Of a stretch of DNA of 53,265 bases, positions 44,300 to 53,265 are shown one piece after another; position 1 is the first letter of the stretch; each line of letters begins with the position of its first letter. Made by a program: the position numbers and the translations under genes. Location of the stretch: contig DF237544.1 in assembly GCA_000708835.1 (NCBI GenBank), positions 1-53,265 on the forward strand. The letters are read 5' to 3'. The DNA comes from Klebsormidium nitens. Taxonomy: Eukaryota; Plantae; Klebsormidiophyceae. Under the pieces are notes generated by a model. It did no database searches. It worked only from the letters and a program-made list of their open reading frames with translations, and was not told the DNA's origin.

Positions 44300-46443
44300 C
44301 TATCCAATGACTACCTTGCCTGAGAGCCGCACCTCAGCAGGCAACATCTCTTTCTGGACGCCCTTACACCCTCTTATTTCTACCCGCGCCTTGGTACCGC
44401 TTTCTGCATAAGCTTTTAGAATCTCTGAGGTTACAAGCTCGCAGTTTGCGATAAGAAGACTCCTAAGTTGATGGCACCCGAACAATATCTTTCTAACGGT
44501 GCGATCCGTCAAAGCAGGGCACCTAACTATGCGCAAGTTTTCCAAGCTCTGTTCCTCTGCAATCTGCTGCAGCATTTGATCGGTTGCGCGGTCAAACCGG
44601 CCAACGCCCAATTCTTTCAACCGCAGGTACCGCCTGCAACATAGGAACAGTGAATAAGAAGGCAGTCGAAGAGATCAGCAGAGAGCCTTGACAACAAGTC
44701 CTATGCAATCTTACCAGGAGCACAAGAACCTCATCCGTCTTAGTTTGAATCATCAGATTGAGGCAGAGCAGAAGAGGATCTTGACCAGCAGGCTGCAGAT
44801 CAAAGACATTTTGATTGAACGCTGCTGCCGACAGCTCGAAGGGATGGGACTTACCCGCTGCGCGGAACCTGCCAGAGCTGACTGTTGTCTAATAAAGTAA
44901 GATGATCAAGACGACGCAGGCGACACCGGAGGATCGCAACCCCGCCGTCGGTGATGCCCGGCTCGCTCACGATGCGAATGTCAGCCAGCAGGGGGCAGTT
45001 TCCAGCAAAGCGTCGCAGGGTGGTATCAGTGATGCCGCAAGCTATGGCAGTAAGCTTTTCTAGGCTGGGGCAGAGCAATGCCACCTTCTCGAAGCCAGCG
45101 GCCAAATCGGTAACCTGCCCCTCCCTCCTGACTGTGAAGTGCCGGAGCTTGGGGCATGCCGATGCTACTGCCCCAACACCAGCATCCGTCAGCCCACTGC
45201 AGTAATGCACGTCGAGCTGCTCGATTGGACACTGGACCCCCTCAAACGCTGCCCCGCTGAACCCCTCGCAGTGGTCCATGCGCAGCGTTGTCAGCTCTGG
45301 ACACCGCCTCAGAACAGTAGCCAGCCCCTCATCTGAGACGACACCGCAGCGGACCAGAGTCAAACGGAACAAATGGGGGCAGCTCTTTGCCAGCAAAGCC
45401 AGCGACGCATCACTCAGGCAAGCTGGCACAGTCCCCTGGAGCTCTAAGCCTTTTCCAGTGTCCGTGAGCTGAACAAAGCGCAGGTCAGCGAAGCGCAAGA
45501 GAATCCTAGGAAGGGAGGCAACTCGGGGCTGTCCTTGCAAGACCAGGGTGTTTCTAGCGTAGTTGGAAGCGTCGAGCCACTCGCGACACACCAGAGAGCA
45601 CGCCCGGATGGAGGAGTTTCGCAAGTGAGAGAGTATCTTGGTCAGGCAGTGTATGTCGAGATCCAGAATCGTACTGCCTGACACAAGAGCACCCACAGCC
45701 CCAGCCCTCTGATCCACCTCCACCCCCTCTACCTCCTCGCTGTGGCAGGCTGCCCCGCTCAAAAGTACCTCCTGAGTCCTCCCACTGCCTGAGCCCTCCT
45801 TCCCCTCAAAATTCTCTTCCCCACCCACAGGCAGTGCCCCCTCAGTGGCCCCACACAGAACCCGCTCATGCAGACTGGACAGGACATCGCTCGCGTGCAG
45901 CACAGAGGAAACAAGCTCGTAGTCAAGAGCAGCAGGGACCATATCATCAAACGCTTCCTTTTTTTGTTCAGGTCCCTGCGCATCTGCTGTGTCCTCTCGG
46001 GGTATCTGCTGATCAGCGAGCTGGGGGCTGTGAGCGGAGAGGTCCTGGCTGCTGGAAAGAGGGGGCAACGAGGGGGGAGCGCCAGCCAGAACAGGAAGAG
46101 CTGAGGATGAGGAGTCAGGGACCAGGTCGAAAGAACCATCCTGAGTCTGCTCAGGCCCCTGACCCTCGTCGCAGGTCACCTCGCAAGTGTGCTGCTCCTG
46201 GAGAAGGGCGCTGCTTGCGAGAACCTCGACATCCTGGCTAGTAGCAAGAAGAGGAGACTGCGAGAGAGGGGAAGGAGAGAAGATGGACTCGCATCCCTCA
46301 ACAACAGCGTCTCCGGTGGCTCTGGAGACCTGGAATGCTATCCTCTCTCCAAGAGCAAAAGCCTCTCCTACCAACCTCCTACCCTGAGCAACTAAGTCCT
46401 CCTCAAATCGCGTCAGACGAGAACACCTCCTCAAGAACTCCAT
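44300..46443 (-). CDS. F-box/LRR-repeat protein FBXL-C, exons 44855..46443 and 44300..44633, apparently intact
   Basis: Paralog of FBXL-A: MEFLRRCS.LTRFEE.., F-box LDIHCLTKILSHL..CSLVCREW, LRRs. Donor GG|GTAAGT, acceptor TTGCAG|G, 334-nt last exon. Confidence 0.9.
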
Positions 46444-49400
46444 GTCTACTCTAGCGGTAACGCGCTAACAGCTCAATCTCTCACGCTCGCTGATCACCAA
46501 AATGCACGACAGCAAAAGCCTGCACAAGGGCGCCAAAAGCGCAAGAGCATATCGAACAAACTCCTGGAAGTTTGCAACGTTGAGAGCTCAGTCAGCGCTA
46601 GCTGCTTCAGACACTGGCATCTAGGGGTGCGAGGGTGCGGGGTGCGTCAGCACTGCGCTGAGGCTTGCAGGGACGTGACCAGCACGCCAGATTAGAATCA
46701 CTCAGGAGAATCAGGCGAGCAAGAGGGGTTAAATGGTCTGACGTGTGGAGCTTATTCTAAAATGGTAACACGTGGCTCCATCTTTGCATATTGACCGTCG
46801 ATTTCCCATGAATTGGTTAAACCGTCGAGGTTCCGCAAAATGCTCAAAACCGAAAGACAGAAAGATAGAATGAACTAGGGAACGTGAAAAAATCGTGAAA
46901 CCTGGGTCATGCAGCGGTCCGCATGCAAGAATTCCGGTAGAGGTCGCATCGGTACCGCGATTGGCCGTAGCCGGTGCTGACCTCCAACCTGTCATGGTAG
47001 AAAATGATGGCGACTTCTGCACTCTTTAATTGACTATTAGCACCGGTGAAGCGAAACGGTGGATACCGAGTGGCAAAACCGGGCGCTGACATCGGATGTA
47101 CCCAAAAGACGATAGTACTAGGTATGTACCGTTACAGCGCGGATCCCAGGTTATTCCAGAAGCTGTTCTACATCGGTACCAAGTACTGTTGGTACATCCA
47201 ACGAGTGTACATTACAAGCCAATCATTAGCTCCGGGAAAGTCGGGCCATTTCCAATCGGTCATTTGTCCTCGACCGGTGCAAAACTACCGCTGTAAACAG
47301 ACCCTCTAATTGGAACAATGGTGGGTACTTTTAAATATGCTTTATATTCACGCGCAGCATTTCACGATGTACGGTTTGAGTTTCCCCCTTGTACACCCGT
47401 AAATCCATCTGGTGTATGTGTACCCAGACTTCCTATTGTAAATCGCAGCGAAAATCCTCAAGAACAAACGAATCGACGATCTCAAGTAGCTAAAGGCTGA
47501 CGTCATCATGATCCGACGACCCAAATCCAGAATTGAGGATTAATCTCAGATTTTACAGCCCGAAGGGTGTCTCTGTATAATTTTTAGCTCGGTTTTTTTA
47601 AAAAACGAGCTCTCGTGTTTCCCCCTGGGGTTTGGATTAGCGATAGCTGGGCCTCAAGTGCAAATCACTCAGTTAAGCGGATTTTATCCATCGAACACCA
47701 GTTTTGAGTCACTCAAGGTTTGAAATAGCTCGACTCGATAATTCGATGTTCGATGGCTCGTTGCTGCTTTTTTTGTAGCGCCAAATCTCCGCACGTGACC
47801 TCTATACGTGCGACGAAACCCTGCCGTCCTGCCCGCATTCCAGTGCGCGGCAGGGACCCGCCGCCCGGCCGCGTGTGTAGCGTCTGGTCTCAAAAGACAG
47901 CCGTCCGATGGTATCTTGTCGACCAATCGATTTGAGTTGTTGCACGTGGGAATTCGGGCTGTGGCTGCCTGCTTTTGTCAGAACCGGGCACAATCCTGTC
48001 GACTCGAATACACTACAAGTCACAACCGGTAGCAGGATTCATAGGACCTGCAACGGCCGTTGCGCCGTAAGCTATACAAGCCGACCCTCTATGTATCTTG
48101 CACCGGCCAGTTTTTATTAGTGACTGTAGCCTGGTCAAATGCCCGGTAGTCGTCCTATATGCTAGCCCACCGTCTCGCAGGCTCAGCTTCAATCCGAAGT
48201 TCACGTGTGAAATAGCACGTATTAGTAGCCGTCCGATTGTGTTTACGTACGCCTTTGAGACGCTTCGATTGCGTGAAATCACACTGCGATGATGAATTAT
48301 TTAGACCTTGCGTAAACACGCTCCACGGAAAGGAATCTCCCCCAAAACAAAGTACATTATGAGGCGAAAATCGAGCATTCACACCGCATCGCGGTTTAGC
48401 ATTTTTTCTAAAGACTCTTACAGGATGGATTCGGGTGGCCCATCAGACTGGCCTTCCAGGCCATTTTTAGCTCGGTTTACTGACAAAGTCAGTACCGAGC
48501 TGTCACAATCGACCCCGGGGTTTCAGAAAAGGGGGTAAGTGGCGATGCAGACCGGATCACTCTAATAAGCCTGGTTCGGCCCGTCGAAAGCTACTTTTAG
48601 TGAGTCAAGACCTGATTTTGCAGACTCCCGTTTTCGACGGTTTTTGAGGTTCGATGCTCCGGAATTTTTTTTTTTGGGTCTTAAACCCTGAACCCCTGCA
48701 CGTGCCTGCCCGGTCGAAGGCGCGACCTGGTGCTCGCGGCCGGCAGAGCGGCCGCCCCTGGAAGGGCGGCCAGCCCGGCCTGAACTAGATCGAGACGGCC
48801 AAACCGGTGCGCAGCCATACGGTATACCAATACTCAATATGTTGAATAGGGTAATATGCTAAAATTCAGAATATCCACTAATATCAGTGAGTTTAACAAA
48901 TCTACAAATACCAAGGAGACTCGTCACTCCAGGTCTAAAGCACCACGCTTCGAAAGTCTAGTACCTACCGTATTGCAAATTTCATCTTCATTCAATGGAA
49001 TATTCCGCCTATTGTACTATTGTAAACTGAGCGATTGCAGCATTTTGCTGCCTACATTTTTACGAATATTGGTGGCCCAAGAGGCCACGAACTTTCAAAA
49101 TGCGGCCCTTTAGGCTACGTGCGCGCGCATGTGAGGATAACGAAAAAGGTTAAGGAATTTTTGGGAGTAATGCTGACGTCAGCATAGCAACCAGCTGAAG
49201 CACCGGGCGGCGGGTACTACTACGGTTAGTAAACGACTCAAGTTGGACGTCGGCCGAGAGCGGCGCGGCGGCCGGCGGAACCTTGTCTGATCAGTGATGA
49301 AAAATATGGCATCCAAAAAAAGCTTGTATAAAGCACCGGTATCATGTATGTATAAGCATTGGCAGTTACCGTATACACCTCAGAAGGCTCATATAATGTC

Positions 49401-50349
49401 ATATTGCTTCAGTACTTCTACCGTGAGGATTTTGACTATTCATATCCAACACAAACGGTCTGGTCCGGATTTGGACCCACGAGTCACGACGCTGGTAGGA
49501 CTACGTAATAGGAGTCGGAGTTGGGACTACAGGCACAGAAAATATATCAGGTTTTCCCTTATAGGTATGCGTACAATCAGAGGATATTGCTCTTTCAAAG
49601 GGACTTGAATTATAGCTTCTGTCTACCGCCGGCGCTAGAGCTTATGCAGCTATGCTAGCTCAGTGTCCGTATATCCTGCCGCCCGTTTGACGGGTGCTAG
49701 CCCCTATAGGGCCCGGGCTAGCTTTAGGAGGAGATTACGGATAGCTAATTTGAAATGTGAATATATTGGGAACCGCCCGGGGGACGTCTAAGGTTTACCG
49801 TTCAAGCCTGGTGCCGTTCCGTGACCCGTCCGTGACCGTGACGCTGCCTTGGTGACGTCAGCATACAATGACGTCACTAACAAGCTTTTGCAGTTAAATA
49901 GATAGTTAGTTAGCTAATCAGGTTCCGAAAAATTCCAAAAATTTCCCCTTCTATCAATTTACCTACATTCCAGACCAACCAATCAGGCTACCCGTATACC
50001 TACTCAGACTCTTAGAACTATAGTCATTTACAAAATCCAATTAAAAACTAACCACATGCCAGATGTCGGTGCTGAGTTACATGCAGAGGGATCCCGCGCT
50101 ATGCAGGTCAGTCCATACCACTGATCTCTCAACCTGCCAAGGCTCAGCCGCCAGCAAGGCCAAGGTCAAATGCGAGCAATGTGGTTTATGACAGCGAAGC
50201 ATCAATACGAAATCAAAAGCTGTGAGGGCCGCCATCCAAGGAGCTGTACACGTGGATTACTCCCGCGATCAGCGCGGGGACTAGCACGCATTGGTTTCTT
50301 GGAATCAGCCGGTGGTTGTATCTGAATGAAAGCCTTCTCCTAAGACAGT

Positions 50350-53100
50350 CTTTCGTGGTTAGCCTTCAATAAAACCTTTCTCATTTTACCTCCTGGCAGG
50401 ACAGTCAAGCTGGCTCACATGGAGCACTTTGTCATGAGGTTGTACTGGTCCCTTGGCATGTGTGATATGATTTGCAGGAGGCTTGACTGAGGCAAGCGTT
50501 GAAAGCCAGAATTTTTGGTTGCTTCGGAAGATAATTATCTGCCTGCTCCACTTGCAACCAAAACCAATCAGGAAGAGTTGCATCTGAAGGAGCAATCCGG
50601 TCTTTTGTATCAGAGCAGAATGACGTCAGGATTTGGCTGGCCAAGGCGGACAGGGGATCTCGCTCTTCAAGGGTCAACCGACCATGTGAGTGGCACTGGT
50701 AGAACAACAGATATGAGAAGAGGCTGCATGTTCATCACAGATCTTGGTAGAAGAGGCCGGAAACAGGTGTACTACTTCAATGTTTTAAAGAAGCTGAGCA
50801 CGATATGCAGCTACAACATGCAGGGTTTGAAGAGGCAGTAGGGAAATCACAATTGTAGGTTGCTGCCTTGCATGACAAGTCACCCTGGTTCCTGTCAAAT
50901 GAGAGGTTTAGTGAACCTAGACAATCTCTCTTGATCATTCCAAATCAATCAGAAATGTTACCTCTCAAGCTAACCGTAAGACTCAACTGTAAGACCAGTT
51001 GGTCAATTTTACTTGTTCTTCTTCCTGACAGATGACCTCACCTATAGACCGGCAGTGCAATACTATGATTTCTAATGTTGGCAAGGGCTTCCATATTCTT
51101 TTCTCTTGGCAAGGCTTTGCTATTTGACAACAATCATGCGGATTGTTTCTGCACCAGCGCTCGGTCTTTGCATCAACGCCGTCAGCGGCGACCTCCGTGT
51201 TGGAAGGGGATTGATTACATTGAACACAATCGAAAGATGAGCCGAAGAAGGATAGCCAGCTAACAAAATACGGTCAGCCGACTTCAAGATGATTCCACTT
51301 CTGACAGGTGGACACCAACAGGGCTCGGGATACCCAGAGACCCATTTCCTTAAGCCCGTGCCCCCGTCTCCCTCCCCGCCCTTACGACTTGGGGCACCTG
51401 GGTTTTGAGCAGAAAGAAGAGCCTGGATTGGCAACACAAGTGGCGCAGTTGGGGACAGGAGGTAGGTTTACTTTCAGTTCCACTTTGAGTCCACTGGCAT
51501 TTTTCCGTTGCAGATTGGACGAGGCACATCGTGCAAATAACGTTGCATTAACCAATTCTAAGCCTGCAGCAAAAAATTGTGCATTCAACACTATTAAGTT
51601 CAGAATTAGGTAACTGTTGAGAGCACTTGATGCAGGAGCACAGTCTAACATCTGAAATTCTGTCAGCTCTGAGTGATGTGCAGAACATGACCGCATTACA
51701 CCTCTCGAAAATGTGGAGGTTTTCAAGGATCGACGATGCAGATGCAGACTAACAGTGTAACAGCCTGCTCAAGCTCACCAGTCCTGCTGTATGCACTTTT
51801 TGGCACTGCATCTAGTTTACGAGCATCCGTTTTTTTTCAGTGTGTTGCATTCGGAGTCTAATCCCAACTTCTTACTTCTACCTTGCAGGGCCTATTTTCT
51901 CTTCCACCTATTCCTTCGTTCAAGAGCTCGTCCCAGAACCGCAGTGCACCAAGCAAAAGCATCAGTAGTTCCCTCACACCTCCCCCCCTGCCTGCGTCCA
52001 AACCTGAGATTGCCTCGCCCCCAAGGTTCGGGTACAGAGGTCTGCACGTCGTGAGCACCCTGTCACAAAGCCATATGGAGAACTCCCAAACGGCGGTTGC
52101 TGCACAGGGTGTCCCTAAGCCTCAGCCTTCGACCCCGACCCCAGTGAACAAAGAGCCTTGGAGCCCTACCGGAACAGGGCGGCAGGGGCAGCACCCTTCT
52201 TGAAGTGCAGAGCAGAAGCAACCTACCCCGTCAGCGTCCAAGAACGCTGCACGGGTAACGCAAGCAGGGGCAGCACACGAGGGAGAAGGGCCGCACAAAG
52301 GTGCTGCTCCCAAGCACATAACATCGACATTGGCTTCTGCGGCGAAAGTGAGTCTCCCTCTCGCTACAAGGCGGCGTGCTCATGCGAAGGGCGTATTGCT
52401 GAACTCGTTTGGCTGTGCTCATAGCCAAGCAATTATTGCCAGCGTATGCTTTACCCTGGCAGGATTTGGTGTTTTGGGAAATGGAGCAAGCATTGGTCAA
52501 CGCGTCAGATAGCTCTAGCCCTGACAGGAATCCGGCTTGACAAGGAGCGAGGATGCGCTCGTCTGTTTCATTTCTGTGGTCTTCAAATACAGGGTCTACA
52601 AAGTGTGACAACGCTAGAACTATCACTGTGAGGGGCGCCAACAGAAGACAGTTAGCAGTGAATATATTACCGTCCGCATAGCGATAAAAGCTTGTCCGTG
52701 AGGAATGGATCATCTTAACCCATCGTTTTCTGGACCATTTTTCCAGGACAAGGCGCTCCAGACCCCCCAGGTCCCTGAGCACAAGGCCCGACCCGCAAAG
52801 ATCACGAAAGGCGCCCAAGCGACAGGCACATCCGGCGGATTGCCCGTTCTCCTCCCAGCATCCGGCCCGGCGCTTCCAGCCCGCCCTTCAAATGTCGCGG
52901 GCAAGCCGCCAGGTCCGCTCGGGGTACAGAAAGTCTGAAAGGGGCAACGATCAGAGAAGCGGGAAGCGCTACGATTATGGATGGGGCGTCGCAGGCAAAG
53001 GTACAGCCTCACAGCCGATTAATTCTTGAAGCAGAAGAACTTTCGGCAACCGCTTTGTTGGGCTTTGCTTTGTGTTTCCGCTCTGCTCCATCGTCTTTCC
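50350..53100 (-). mobile_element. Decayed Ty3/Gypsy-like pol remnant; boundaries approximate
   Basis: Scattered minus-strand motifs in Gypsy order (RT-linker, RNaseH, integrase C-terminus): LLLAPLTVI (~52625-52650), LSDALTNA, and HDKVLHVSQL (50409-50436; cf. HxVFHVSxL). Highly degenerate. Confidence 0.4.
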
Positions 53101-53265
53101 GAAGAATGTCAGACTTACTCGGCATCTGTATATTGAAGTTTAAGCTTTCATATAGTATCTTACCCGGTTGGAAAGCGTGGCTGTACGGCTGAGACTGCTG
53201 ACGTCACCTCTTGATCAGACGATTGTACAGGGAACGTGAGCACAAGATGAAGCGGCGCTGAACAG

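Noticed and set aside
48683-48697. Telomere-like aaaccctgaacccct
   Set aside because: Fewer than two exact units; compatible with chance or a lone telo-box.

Overview
Eukaryotic, intron-rich genomic DNA with GC-rich exons, short GT/GC-AG introns and one 20-N gap. The style suggests a streptophyte alga such as Klebsormidium (inference only). The window is built from three copies of a two-gene module, each a multi-exon coiled-coil gene facing an F-box/LRR gene tail-to-tail. Module 1 is FBXL-A(+,1173-3327) with CC-X(-,~5100-12480). Module 2 is CC-Y(+,~17119-25700) with FBXL-B(-,27171-29207). Module 3 is CC-Z(+,31902-42787) with FBXL-C(-,44300-46443). Paralogy rests on identical exon lengths and phases: a 334-nt last exon in all three F-box genes, and 327-nt and 51-nt exons in all three coiled-coil genes. 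Between the genes lie an LTR+PBS element at the left edge, two decayed Copia remnants and a decayed Gypsy-like remnant at the right edge. An intron of CC-Z holds a ~0.9-kb foreign cassette: a truncated Bro-N gene, a 61-bp near-perfect hairpin, a small ORF resembling large-DNA-virus proteins, and a LINE RT fragment. A TGACAG-N-TGG motif is conserved about 170-180 bp upstream of the predicted start codon of all three coiled-coil genes. All gene models were read by eye, no searches were run, and functional ideas are hypotheses.
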